From Octopus bimaculoides (Eukaryota): 64,000 nt of DNA. Positions 10,718-24,081 of this stretch are shown here, in pieces. The notes beneath the pieces were generated by a model. It saw only the letters and a list, made by a program, of their open reading frames with translations. It did not search any database and was not told the DNA's origin. How positions within the stretch are numbered: the first letter of the stretch is position 1; every line of letters begins with the position of its first letter. The translations under genes were made by a program, and so were the position numbers. The DNA lies in contig NC_068988.1 in assembly GCF_001194135.2 (NCBI RefSeq), forward strand, positions 56,657,558-56,721,557, read 5' to 3'.

Positions 10718-12602
10718 GATAGATAGATAAGGAAATCACCCATTCAGATTTTGCTAAATAGTAATTGAAAATAATACATAAATGCCTTGTTAACTATGCA
10801 TCCTTGCGTGTATATATGTCTGTGTACATACACACACGTACATGTATGTGTTAAAAGAAATTGATACCGGGCACTGATACCTAATCAGATTTTCTCGTGA
10901 CTTTTCAGTTTTCTATTTAGTCCATATCCTATATTAGTTCGTTTAATTAATATTATTATTATTCTGCATGTAGTGTCATAATTTATTTCTCTTCTAAACA
11001 AATCTATCACATTCACCACCACTGAATGTCTTAACCTATTTTAAACTTTGCTCAAGGTGTATAAAGTGAGGGATCAGTCACCTGCTTTTTCCCTTTAATT
11101 ACATTTTTTTACTCCCTCTCCCTTCTCTCATTAACAGCTTATTATAAAATACCAGCAACGCGTATTTTCTTTCTGGTGTCTTCAATTTGTTTTTTCGAAA
11201 CACAGACGTACAGCGGGGTATATGTATATGAAAATACAGGCATTCTTCAACGTAATTCATTTCGGGTTACGTATTTACTGGAACTCTCCCTCTCAATTTC
11301 AGTCGATTTAGCCGACCTTACGTCGGTCTTCGAGAGAACATATTTAACTGTATATCTTTTGTAAAGCCACCTAAAAACCAATACTTAAATGGAAAAACCA
11401 AATAAAATACATGTGAAAATATGTATAAACCACTTATTAAAAAAGATATAAACTAATAAATTTATAAACATTATTTTTTTCGGTTTACGTCGTTCTTCGA
11501 GTTATGTCGCATTTCTTGGAACTAATACCAACAAATGTTGAGGTACACAGGCAGACACACACTTTTTAGAAAGAGAAGCTTGTGCAATTTGGATGCATGA
11601 ATCTTATTTCAAAATGGACGGTCTCTCTCTTTCCTTCTAACCCTTGTCACTTGCTTTCTATAACGTTCTTTTTCCTCCTCCTAATTACCTTACGGCTTGT
11701 CAGGTTTCTTTCGATTTTTTCTTCAATTTCTTCCTGTTTTATTTAACGTCCAATGAATTTTGAAGAGCTAATAATAACAATAATAATTTTCTATTGTCGT
11801 TTATAGGTGTGTGTGTGTGTGTCNNNNNNNNNNNNNNNNNNNNNNNNNNNNNNNNNNNNNNNNNNNNNNNNNNNNNNNNNNNNNNNNNNNNNNNNNNNNN
11901 NNNNNNNNNNNNNNNNNNNNNNNNNNNNNNNNNNNNNNNNNNNNNNNNNNNNNNNNNNNNNNNNNNNNNNNNNNNNNNNNNNNNNNNNNNNNNNNNNNNN
12001 NNNNNNNCTATATATATAAATACACACACTCACACATATTAAATAACAAACTACGTGAAGAGACGGTGACTTTTAAACATGATATTTTAAGAGAGATAAT
12101 TAGGAATCTACAGTTTAACGTAAAGAAACGAAAAAAGAGGTTACGGAGCAACGTAGCTGAGTCATTTCCGAGCTCTTTATTGTTTGTGCTTCATGCTGGA
12201 TGAAACGTAGTGGTTACCCGCAACTATGAATGATCACTATAACCCCCTCTCTTGTTCTCTCTATCCGTCTCGCGTCTATTTGTTTCACTGTTAATAGAGC
12301 GTTTGCAAAGAAAATAATGCTAGCTGTCATTTTCTTTTACTGCACGTTTGGACAGGTTTTCATCACCTAAATAAGCCACGAATGCCTACTTAGACCAGTG
12401 TATTTATCTCTATATTTCTCTAATCCCTTTGCCTTCATGTGTTCAACTTGAACAGCAAGCTACGTCAGCGCTCGTTACGCCCGCACTTACACGTGTATGG
12501 TTTCATTTTACAAATTAGAGGAAATAGTACTCAATAAAGAAGTTGGGTGCAAATGTTTTCTATCGGGCACAGATTATTGTTGCTACTCAGATTCACCTCA
12601 GT

Positions 12603-13130
12603 GTAGGCGCAGGGTGTGTGGTTAAGAAGAACCCCTGAAAAGACGCCCCCTTCTCCGAAATTTGTTTAAAAAAATGTTTTTTGTCAAAAACCCCCGTTTT
12701 CGGATACGGAGGTTCCGGAAATTTGCCAACAATCGGCATTGTTAAATCCCCCTCCCCCAATTCTTCAATTTTGACTTTTTTTCCCAACCCTAACCATAAC
12801 TACAGAAATGGTTTGAAATTTTTGTCTGAATCATAATGTCCGTATTTTTCTGCATATTTTGAAAAAAAAAAAAAAATTTTTGGAAAAAGTAAAAAAAAAT
12901 GAAGGAAATGGGGTTGCTAACATTGCCCCGGACAACTAAAACTTTGCGAATGAACTTGGTTGACGGAAACTGTGTTGAAGCCCCTTGTGTGTGTGTGTGT
13001 GACTATGCCATTTGACAACTGGTGTTGATTTATGTTCCTGTAACTTACTTGTTCGGTAAAAGAGCCCGATAGAATAAGTTTTGCTTGACTAAACCCTTCA
13101 AGTTGGTGCTCCAGCATGGCCGCAATCCAA
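12603..13130 (+). mobile_element. SINE family A split by a ~290-bp unclassified insert (12630-12920)
   Basis: Head aggcgcagggtgtgtggttaagaag, resumes at ttgccccggacaactaaaac...gacggaaac...ccagcatggccgca. Confidence 0.7.
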
Positions 13131-13259
13131 GTAAAATAATAATAAAAAAAGTTGTATGTCTATATATGCATGGCATTCTCCACATCTCTTTAAGAATTTC
13201 CTAGATTGTGTTTCAAAATAAGAGATTAGGGTCCCCCTCCTCACACACAGACACAAACA

Positions 13260-14529
13260 TATCTGGTTGGCAAGAAAGTAATTTCGGTTTTTTTAGTGTG
13301 AAATAAAGTAATTTTTTTTCATACAAAGAATGAACTTTAAACAATTAAATATTTTCCACTTTGTTTGATAACCTTTTGCCATCTTTCTGCACTCATAGAA
13401 CTTCTGATCCTTATCAGCCAAAAACTGAAGCAAGTGTGATTTCAGGTCATCATATTGAAAGTTCTACCATTCAAAGAATTTTGCAAACTTTGAAATAGAT
13501 GGTAATCTGATGGTGTAAGGTCAGGGTTATATGGTGAATGTGACATCACTTCCCAACCATGCTTCAGTAACTTTTTACGAGTTACCAAAAGTGTGTGTGT
13601 TCTAGCATTGTCATGGTAGAACAGGATTCCTTTACTATTAGCTAATTCTGGCTGTTTTTCTTTGGTTGCTTCTTCCAGTTTCATTAGTTGTTGACAATAA
13701 ACAACTGAATTAATTGTTTGGTTCCTTGGAAGTAGCTCAAAATACACACCCAACAAATTGTAATCCCCACAAATTGACAGCATGGCCTTTTTTTATGCAA
13801 TTCAGCTTTTGATGTGGTTTGTGCTGGTTCATTACACTTGGAATATGATCATTTTTGATTGATGTTATTGTAGACAGTCCATTTTTTATTACTAGTGATG
13901 ATTTGTTTTCAAAAGAGAATGATTTCATTGCGTTTGAGATGCATATTGCAAATATTGATTCATTGTGTTAAGTGAATCTCTTTCAATCTATGTGGAACCC
14001 AAATATCGAGCTTCTTAATGAATCCAAGACATTTTAAGTGATTCTCAATTGTTGTGTGTAATACATTTACCCTCTCTGCAATCTCCCGCGCAATTATATG
14101 ATAATCGGATTCAATTAGGGCTTTGATTTAGTCATCATCAACTTCAGTGGGTCAGCTAGAATGTTGGTCATCTTTGAGTGAAAAATCTCCAGAATGATAT
14201 TTTTTAAACCATTTCTGACATGTGCATTCTGTTAAACAATCAACATGATAAACTTTACATATCTCTTTGTGAGCCTCAGCAGCTTTCTTGCCTTTACGGA
14301 AATAAAAAAGCAAAATATGTCAGAAATGTTCGTTTTTGCACTCCATGTTAAAATTGACACTAAACTACCAGCTGTTAACAAAATTACGTGCTATTTTCTC
14401 CTAAAGTAAACTAAAAGTAATGGCTATCAAATGTCGAAAGGAAAAAAACTATAACATTCACAAAAGTCATTCAAAACAATTGTAACTACTTGTGGAAAAA
14501 CAAAATTACTTTCTTACCAACCCAATGTA
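13260..14529 (-). mobile_element. Mariner transposon, near full-length, decayed
   Basis: TIRs (t)ggttggcaagaaagtaattt / aaattactttcttaccaacccaa; transposase pieces with HDNARTH and HSPYNPDLTPSDYHLF (ORF 13442-13783). Confidence 0.93.
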
Positions 14530-14742
14530 TATATGCACACCTCACCATAATCTTCACTCACCTCCCCACCGCATTCGTTATCCCCGCTCTTGTTGGCACG
14601 TGTATCATTTATATATGTATGCATATATATCTATATGTATGTGTGTACACACATTTTCTATTGTATCTATAGCATCAAATCTTCTATTGTATCATTTTCT
14701 ACTTTAAGATAATACAATGAGACATGAAGGCAGTTTTGCAAC

Positions 14743-15505
14743 TATTGGGTCATTCCATTAATATGTGCTTTTTTATATACTTCCTATATTTTTCAAAATT
14801 AAGATAAACAAAGTTCTTGTTTAATCTGAAATACACTCTCCTTCATTTTCTACAATGCTCTTCCATGTATCTGGTAGTCACTATTTGGTCTGAAAAAGGT
14901 TCATTTGTGAGACGTGGCAGCAAAGAGCACACATTCACTTTCTGTGCATGATTAGATTTAGAAAGTTTGTGAGGAACCTATTGACCCAATTTGCTGACTT
15001 TCCCGATGGTATGTAGGTGTCAATGAATGGTTGATTCACCAAATCCAAGCTTTTCTGCTAGTTCAGTTACAATGAGATTTTGTTCCACTAGGGTTTGCAG
15101 AATGTCCTCGTCAAGCTCTACAGATTTTCCAGGATGGGATTCGTCTTCTAGGCTGTAGTTTCCGGCTCAGAATTTCTGGAACCACCATTGACACTAGCTT
15201 ACGCTTATTGTCCAATCTCCATATATTGCATTAATATTCCTCACACTTTCTGTTGCATCGTTGCCTTTATTGAACTCATAAAGCAAAATATGCTGAACAT
15301 GTTCCTTTGTCACTTCCATTATAGCTTTGAAAAAATAACCATTAAAATCGAACTGCACTCTTCAGAACTTGCACTAAGAATAAGTACATGGTAAAATTAC
15401 TGCCTGCTTTTATAGCATGTTGATGCAGGTAGTTTATCCTATCTCTCACTGACTTTTAGTTCATGCAATTGAAAAAAACCGCATTATGTATGGGATGACC
15501 CAATA
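14743..15505 (-). mobile_element. Mariner transposon, internally deleted
   Basis: TA-flanked TIRs tattgggtcattcc / gggatgacccaata; minus-strand N-terminal HTH MEVTKEHVQHILLYEFNKGNDATESVRNINAIYG with stops. Confidence 0.9.
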
Positions 15506-16355
15506 TGTTTAACAGGTTGTTCACTTATGCAGAAAGCTTTTGTAGTGGAGTCTCTTTTATGTTTCTCTCTCCCACCCTCCTCATTATTAGGACAGTGAAT
15601 TGGTTCTTGGTATTCTGTCTGTGCTCTGAGCTCAAATCCTACCTTTCAACTTTTTAGAGTTGATTAAAAAAAAAACTACTAAGGCAATGTCGTGGATTGA
15701 GAAATCTATGAATATTAGACCAGATTCCTTGTGGTGTTTGTCTCAACTCTTTGTATTCTGAGTTCAAATCTTGCTGTGGCCTACTTTGGTGAACTCCACA
15801 TGGCATGTTGGGTGCTTTTGTCAAGAGTCCACTCTGTTGCAAGTATTTGGGCAAAGCTACCAGTTTGAAGGTTACCTTCCTTCAGCCTTCTCCTCAATTT
15901 GTCATGCCCTACCTCCACTCTTTCATAAAAGATTAAAAAAAAAAAGCAAAAAACATGTTTAGTATACTTCAATGTTCTCATTGAATTATAGTAAATATAT
16001 TTGTACAGATTTAGAAAACCATTTGCAGATAGTAACTATCTCTGTTGTGAAAGATCTATTTATTTGATTTGCAAACCCTTCAGCTCCGTTACTAAGAACA
16101 CTTGAAAATTTATATGTATTCTCGGATTGCTGCTGTTATTCCACTAGCCTGTAATTTCAGTAAATGTAGGGCATTTCACATATGTTCTTGTCTGTTTGTG
16201 TGTGTGTGTGTGTGTGGCTGTGTGATAAGAAAATTGCTTCGTAACTACATGGTTTGGGGTTCAGTCTCACTGTGTGGCAACTTGTGCAAGTGTCTTCTGC
16301 TATAACCTCGGGCCAACCAAAGCCTTGTAAGTGGATTAGGTAGACAGACCTGTCG

Positions 16356-16409
<54 letters not shown>

Positions 16410-16570
16410 NNNNNNNNNNNNNNNNNNNNNNNNNNNNNNNNNNNNNNNNNNNNNNNNNNNNNNNNNNNNNNNNNNNNNNNNNNNNNNNNNNNNNNNNNNN
16501 NNNNNNNNNNNNNNNNNNNNNNNNNNNNNNNNNNNNNNNNNNNNNNNNNNNNNNNNNGACAGACCTGTCG

Positions 16571-16625
<55 letters not shown>

Positions 16626-16628
<3 letters not shown>

Positions 16629-17030
16629 GCGCAGGAGTGGCTGTGTGGTAAGTAGCTTGCCTACCAACCACATGGTTCCGGGTTCATTCCCACTGCGTGG
16701 CACCTTGGGCAAGTGTCTTTTACTATAGCCTCGGGACGACCAAAGCCTTGTGAGTGGATTTGGTAGATGGAAACTGAAAGAAGTCCGTCGTATGTATTTA
16801 TATATATATATATGTATGTGTGTGCATATGTTTGTGTGTCTGTGTTTGTCCCCCCAACATTGCTTGACAACTGACGGTGGTGTGTTTACATCCCCGTAAC
16901 TTAGTTTAGCAAAAGAGACCGATAGAATAAGTACTAGGCTTCCAAAGAATAAGCCCTGAGGTCGATTTGCTTGACTAAAGGCGGTGCTCCAGCATAGCCG
17001 CAATCAGATGACTGAAACAAGTAAAAGAGT
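16626..17030 (+). mobile_element. SINE family A, full-length, young
   Basis: aggcgcaggagtggctgtgtggtaagtagcttgc...central (TA/TG)n...gactgaaacaagtaaaagagta. Confidence 0.95.
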
Positions 17031-18392
17031 ATGTATATATATATATATATGTATGTACATAACTGCCTGTTTGTTTGTCCCCTATCACTGTTTGACAACC
17101 GATGATGGTGTGTTTACATTCCCTGTAACTTAGCAGTTTGGCAAAAAACTGATAGAATAAGTACTAGGCTTAAATCCTTCAAGGCAGTGCTCCAGCATGG
17201 CTGTGGTCAAATGACTAAAGTAAAAGAATAAAGGAATATTTATTTATGTGTTGTATGTGATATGCTTAATGTGTATGTAATGCATGCAATAAATATGTAG
17301 TATTGCACTATGTTACCAAACAATTTGCTGTATTATTTGTCAAAGCTTATATTTGATGATGTTCAAACTATTATCAGTTTACTTTTTGCATTTTTTTTTG
17401 TAACTATGTGACCTATAGAAAGTTTCTTATTTTGGCCATTGGCTAACCACTGGCTGCTGTTAAATTGAACTGCGTATTGATTACTGTTGTTTATTTTGTT
17501 AGTATGTGGAGATTAGATAGTAATTAGTTGGGCCAGTGATGTGTACAAGCATTACTCTGCTACTTTTTCTTTGATTGCTAATTAAAGATATCTTTTGTAT
17601 ATATATGTGTGTGTATCATTTCAGGCCTACTTTTCAAGATGGCATAGTGGGTGGTCTGAAAGAATCCACTCATTCTATCAAATCTGAGGATCAAATCTTT
17701 CTCCAATGTCCATTTTGGCATGGTCTCTACAGATGAATGCCTTTCTAATGCTAACTACTTTACAGAATGTAATATGTCTGTAGGAGTGGGTCTGTGCTTG
17801 AGAAGTTTGCTCCCCAGTCACTCAGTTATGACTTCAGGCTCGATGTGTGGCACCATGTTTTCTACAATAGGCCTGGGTTAACCAGTGTCTTGTGAATGAA
17901 TTTGGTAGACTGAAACACATTTTTATATATATATATATATATATNNNNNNNNNNNNNNNNNNNNNNNNNNNNNNNNNNNNNNNNNNNNNNNNNNNNNNNN
18001 NNNNNNNNNNNNNNNNNNNNNNNNNNNNNNNNNNNNNNNNNNNNNNNNNNNNNNNNNNNNNNNNNNNNNNNNNNNNNNNNNNNNNNNNNNNNNNNNNNNN
18101 NNNNNNNNNNNNNNNNNNNNNNNNNNNNNNNNNNNNNNNNNNNNNNNNNNNNNNNNNNNNNNNNNNNNNNNNNNNNNNNNNNNNNNNNNNNNNNNNNNNN
18201 NNNNNNNNNNNNNNNNNNNNNNNNNNNNNNNNNNNNNNNNNNNNNNNNNNNNNNNNNNNNNNNNNNNNNNNNNNNNNNNNNNNNNNNNNNNNNNNNNNNN
18301 NNNNNNNNNNNNNNNNNNNNNNNNNNNNNNNNNNNNNNNNNNNNNNNNNNNNNNNNNNNNNNNNNNNNNNNNNNNNNNNNNNNNNNNNNNNN

Positions 18393-18568
18393 GTAAAAGC
18401 ACCCACTACACTCTCTGAGTGGTTGGCGTTAGGAAGGGCATCCAGCTGTAGAAACTCTGCCAAATTAGATTGGAGCCTGGTGTTGCCATCTGGTTTCACC
18501 AGGCCTCAGTCAAATTGTCCAACCCATGCTAGCATGGAAAGCGGATGTTAAACGATGATGATGATGAT
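18393..18568 (+). mobile_element. Family B RTE-like 3' end
   Basis: aaagcacccactacactc...ccaacccatgctagcatggaaagcggatgttaaacgatgatgatg. Confidence 0.9.
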
Positions 18569-18622
18569 ATATATATACACACACACACACATGCACACAC
18601 TATATATATACATATACGCGGC

Positions 18623-18660
<38 letters not shown>

Positions 18661-19061
18661 GCCGCGTAATGGGGACCCCGCTGAGCCCCTATTTTTACTG
18701 CATTTTAAACTGAATACATGGCATTGGTGACCAAATCTGATCATTGAAAATGAATTTCGTATCTTGAACCCTGAGTGTGTATTGTACGGAGGTTCAGTTT
18801 CTGATGGGCCGCTTAAATGGGGTCCCACTGACCCTCCTATTTTTACTGCATTTATCTTGCTCCTATGCTTATTGGTTAAACAATGGCCAGCATCAGTGCT
18901 TAACACATTTGCAGAAATAAGTTTGGGCATTCTAAATACCTTCATGTGCATTCAAATCGCAATAAAGATTTATAACAAGTACGTTTCAAGTGTGGTAGTG
19001 TAGATGTTTATATTTTGTAGTTTATGAAACCTATGTCTAGTATTCATATATATATCTATAT

Positions 19062-19366
19062 CATCCTCGTTTAATGTCTGCTTTCCATGCTGGCATGGGT
19101 TGGAAGGTTTGATTGAGGACTGGCCTGCCAGGTGGCTGCTCCAGCTCCAACCTGATCTGGTGAGGTTTCTACAGCTGGATGCCATTCCTAATGCCAACCA
19201 CTCCGAGTGTGTAGTGGGTATATTTTACATGCCACTGGCATGGGGCCAGTCAGGCAGTACTGGCATTGACCATGCTTGAATGGTGCTTTTTATGTGCCAC
19301 CAGCACGGGAGCCAGTCAGGCGGCACTGGTATCGACCACTCTCAAATGGTGCTTTTTACGTGCCGT
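19062..19366 (-). mobile_element. Family B with ~60-bp internal tandem repeats
   Basis: gccagtcagg...atggtgcttttta repeated at ~19245-19295 and ~19310-19360. Confidence 0.85.
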
Positions 19367-19367
19367 G

Positions 19368-19402
<35 letters not shown>

Positions 19403-19474
19403 GTATATATTTGTATCTATACTGTATGTATATATATATGTATCTGTACTGTAATAAATAGTAAATAATTTGAA

Positions 19475-19519
<45 letters not shown>

Positions 19520-20887
19520 AACACACACACACACATACACATATACACATACATGCATGCATACATGGACACAGGGCATCACCAACGGTTCAAACAACAT
19601 GAAATACTTAAACAGAGTTAAATACGTAGTCAACGAGAAAAAAGGGAGAACAGGACAAGTAAGCATAGAAAGGACCCATTATCAGTTGTCGGCTGTCTAT
19701 CTACTCCTCCTTTCGAGCATTCAACAACAATATGAGTCTTCAAAAACTGTTTGTCCCATAAATTCTAAGATAAAATTTAGGATTTATGGAGGGTCAAATT
19801 TAGGAACAATACTGAGTATGTATGTATACACACACAGTTATTTGTATGTATGTGTTCATTTATTTTTGTGTATATATGTGACAAACAAAATGTTAAGCAA
19901 CCCACCAAATTGGCTTAGAATCAAAATATTTAAGCCAATACTGAAGAAAACTACATAACAGTTGTGTTCAAATGAATGAGCTCTTGGAGATCAATTTTAT
20001 GATGAAAACATTGTCAAAAAATATTAGCTACAGAAAAACGTGGTTATCTCTCTATGACAAAAAAAGAAAGGTGATAATTTTAACAAAGTAAAATATTTTT
20101 GTCATTTTATGATATTTAACATTATAAAAGACAGCTTAGCTTAATGGTATGGTGCGCATAACTGGAATTAGAGAGGTATGGGTTTGATCCTCTGTAGTGC
20201 CGTGCTAGCCATTTTTCCCCCATTTCCGAACAGTATTTTTAACCATTCTTCTAATCTAGTTTCACAGCTAGTCTGCATTCCAGATTTACTTCAGCTGAAA
20301 GAACTCTGAGTAGAATCTTTTGGTGAAAAGCTTATCAAGAAATATTAACTACAAAAACAGTTCTTTGGCAGTGATGTAAAAAAGGTTATAATTTTAAGAA
20401 ATCAAAATATTTTTGTCTTTTTAAGAATAAAATTACATTAACTTGAAAGAGTTTATCTAGATGAATATTTTTGAGAAAACCCTGTTTAAAAATATTAAGC
20501 ATAAAAATAGTTATGATCCTTTTGTGATTTCATATATATTCTTGTTTTTTTTTTCATGTATTAAATCATGTACTTATTAAAAATATTAAAATAAAAACTT
20601 TCACTTATGGAAAAAAACTTATCTAATAGAATATAACATTATTTTAAAATAAAAATTGTTGAAAAATATATTTATTTGTAACAAATTTTTAAGTTAGAAC
20701 AAAACTTGTGTTTAAAAAAAATATTTACAATAGTATCATCTTTTCAATTATAAAACGGTAAATATGATAATTATAGTATTAAAAGCATTACCTGGAAAGA
20801 AAAAGGTGGACTAGAATGAAAACTACAGGCACAGAATCTTAGAATATTCTTAAGTATGAGTAAAGTATAGTAAAAAATATTCAAGAA

Positions 20888-20963
20888 CACCAGTCCTCAG
20901 TCAAATCGTCCAACCCATGCTAGCATGGAAAGCGGACGTTAAACGATGATGATGATGATGATG
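20888..20963 (+). mobile_element. Very short 5'-truncated family B/RTE 3' end, young
   Basis: caccagtcctcagtcaaatcgtccaacccatgctagcatggaaagcggacgttaaac(gat)n; near-identical to 60060-60140 and 26205-26262(-). Confidence 0.9.
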
Positions 20964-21493
20964 AAAAGAATTTCTTTAAAGTTTGCATTATCAGATAAAA
21001 TATTTTCTGTTTACCATTAGAAAAATATCAAAGAAAATGGAATCTAATGAACAAATTGAGTACAAATATAAAATGTTTGTGTATATATGTCATTTTATAT
21101 ATGTATGTGTATATGTGTCCATATGTAGATGTGTCTATATGCAGACTCTTTTAGCAGTTATTGTTAATTTTGCTTAAATTGCTATTCTGTGATTTTTAAA
21201 ATTTTGTAACATCAAATTTTTATCATGTAAATTTGCAGGCAATTAGTTCTTTTTACTCAAATTGGAAATAGTTTCCTGAGTATTCTAATTGAAACTTTTG
21301 AGTAAAAATAAAATTATAAAGGGGCATTTATTATTTTCGGCTTTAAATTCTAACTTCAGAAGCAATATTTTTAGTTTTCTTTCTTCTGTACTTTTCCAGG
21401 TTTAATTACTGCTTATTTTGTACTTTCCAGCTTCAATACTATGCACACATTTTCATTCTAATACATATATGTGTATGTGTGTGATTATATATA

Positions 21494-21548
<55 letters not shown>

Positions 21549-21813
21549 TTATATATGTGCATGTGTGTATATATATGTATACACACACTCACTCAGTCAC
21601 TCTTATATCGATTGGGCTTTTGCCATGCCAAGGTACTGACTTGAAGGGTTTTAGTCTATCATATCGAGTCCATTGTGTATTCTCTAAGTTTGGCATTTAT
21701 TATATTGATCTCTTTGTGCAACTGTTGAGTATGGAATATGAACATAGAGCATAGTTATATTTTCAACTGGTGTCAATGTAAGATAGCCATAGAGGCAGAC
21801 ATAGATACACACG

Positions 21814-21894
<81 letters not shown>

Positions 21895-22370
21895 GTGTGT
21901 GTGTGTGTTTTTCATTTTATGTCCATTTTTCCCTTGCTAGCATAGTTTAGACAGGTACATATTGTTGAAGTATTGTTTTAGGGTTGGATACCTTTCCTGT
22001 TGCTGACCCTTACCTGTTATTCTACTCCTCTTCTAAAGCATAGTTGCTATGTGTTTTATTTGTGGAAGAATGTCAGTGTATATCGTCATCCATAGCCCAG
22101 TAATGTTTCATGCATGATGTTGATGGTAAACCTTCACACAGGCATATTGACGGTAACATTCACCTAAACCCCTTGATGTGTACGTATCCTTTTACTTGTT
22201 TCAGTCATTAGACTGCAACCATGCTGGAACACTACCTTGAATTTTTTTTTTTTAATGAATCAACTCCAGTACTTAATTTTTTCATTTTAAAACCTGTGAC
22301 TTATCCTATTGGTTCCTTTTCCAATCTGTTAAGTTGCCCCAACTTTGGTTGTCAAGTGGTAGTGTCAAGA

Positions 22371-22404
<34 letters not shown>

Positions 22405-22550
22405 GTAGGAGAAGGCTCATTTCCCAACACGTCTGGATTTAGTTTCACTCCATGGCACCATCAACAAGTGCCTTCTACTATAGCCATAGCCCTGGGCCAA
22501 CCAAAGCCTTGTGAGTGTATTTGATAGGCCACTTTGAGTTTCTGTCTGTC

Positions 22551-22930
22551 TCGATGCTATATTCCTGGTAAGGCAGCTGCTGAAGTACTTAGCCAAAAAT
22601 AAACTTCTGTCCTCAGCTTTTATTGACATGGAGAAAACCTTTGACTGGGTCCCCAGCTCCCTTATCTGGTGGTCAATGTGGAAACTAGGGAAAGATGAGT
22701 GGTTGGCGAGAGTTGTACAAGCCATGTACAGAGATACTGTCAGTAAGGCGAGGGTTCACAACAAGTATTGCAATGAATTCAGTGTACAAATAGTAGTTTA
22801 CCAAGGATTGGTCCTCAGCTATCTCTTGTTCATCATAGTCCTCTAGGCAATAACAGAGGAATTTAAGTCAGGCTGCCCCTGTGAACCCCTCTATGCTGAT
22901 CTTGTTCTTATAGCTGAATCACTACCAGAT
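22551..22930 (+). mobile_element. RTE LINE RT-domain fragment
   Basis: DAIFLVRQL...FIDMEKTFDWVPSSLIWWSMWKLGKDEWLARVVQAMY...QGLVLSYLLFIIVL*AITEEF..GCP..LYAD. Confidence 0.88.
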
Positions 22931-23255
22931 AATGTACCTTATATATATATATATATGCTTGTGTGTGTGTCTCTCATTTAGTTTTAATTCAAGATTTCTT
23001 GCCAATAGAGAAAGAGCCAGTTTCTAACCTAGACTCAAGACTTTTTCAATGGAAATTCAACATCAGCAGAGAATTTTTGTATGTATGTATACATGGAAAT
23101 TTGCTAATTTTATGTATGTCTTCTCATGCATATACTTGTATATCTGTCAATCCTTGGATGGAAAAATGAAAGGTTACTTGTGGCACTTGAACCCACATTT
23201 GTGAACATGGCAGATGTGCTACGCTTGACATGCACACACGCATGTATGCACGTGT

Positions 23256-23319
<64 letters not shown>

Positions 23320-24081
23320 CATACATATCACAATTCATTTTCTGTTAACCTGAAATTATTCCAGATAATTTTGTTTCAAATTTATTAATTGAATTTTACT
23401 TTTAGTCACTGTGGTAGAAGAACTATAATGCAATAGTTACTGATTAAGAACTTTCATTCTGAATTTTTGAAATAGTAGTGGGTGAAGTATTATTAAACCT
23501 ACCTGTAACTATATGTCATAATTTGCTATCAGTTTCATCATTCAACAAAATTTGGAGTAAGCTTCAGTTAAATCATTCAAATAATTGTTATATTTTTAAA
23601 TCCTGATGTTTCTAAGAATAACATTATGGTTATTGTATTATGTCAGTGATTCTTATTACCAAACAGTAATGCCAATTCTGTGATGTCTGTTATTCATTTC
23701 TAGGTTGTCGTTGGATACTAATTGATGAAAAGTAATTGTGAATAATTGCTATTGTCTACTCTGTACCTTGTTCTAGTTACTCTCTATTGTCTCTCTATGG
23801 ATACAGAATAAAAGGACACGAAATAAATCTGACATTACGAGACAGTTTGCTGTTTTTGTTCAATCTCTCAAGTTTCCTCTTTGCTAATAAATCTTAACCA
23901 CTTATGAATTACAGAACTGGTTTTCATTGATTGATTTTCGTCTTTTCACAGATGATTATTTTTCTTTTTTAATTGTAGTGTTTTAATTAAACTACCCCCT
24001 CCTCATTTTCTTTTTGTTTTGGTTGAAATTTTACATTGCAGTTGCATTCTTCATCTGTTTAAGAAATTTAGCCATTTTCTA

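Noticed and set aside
16325-16625. Apparent direct repeat gacagacctgtcgtatat... around a gap
   Set aside because: Identical sequence on both sides of an N run: scaffold overlap artefact.
23720-23836. Possible C/D snoRNA (TGATGA...CTGA)
   Set aside because: Imperfect C box, only a 3-4 bp AT terminal stem, no recognisable rRNA guide; expected by chance.
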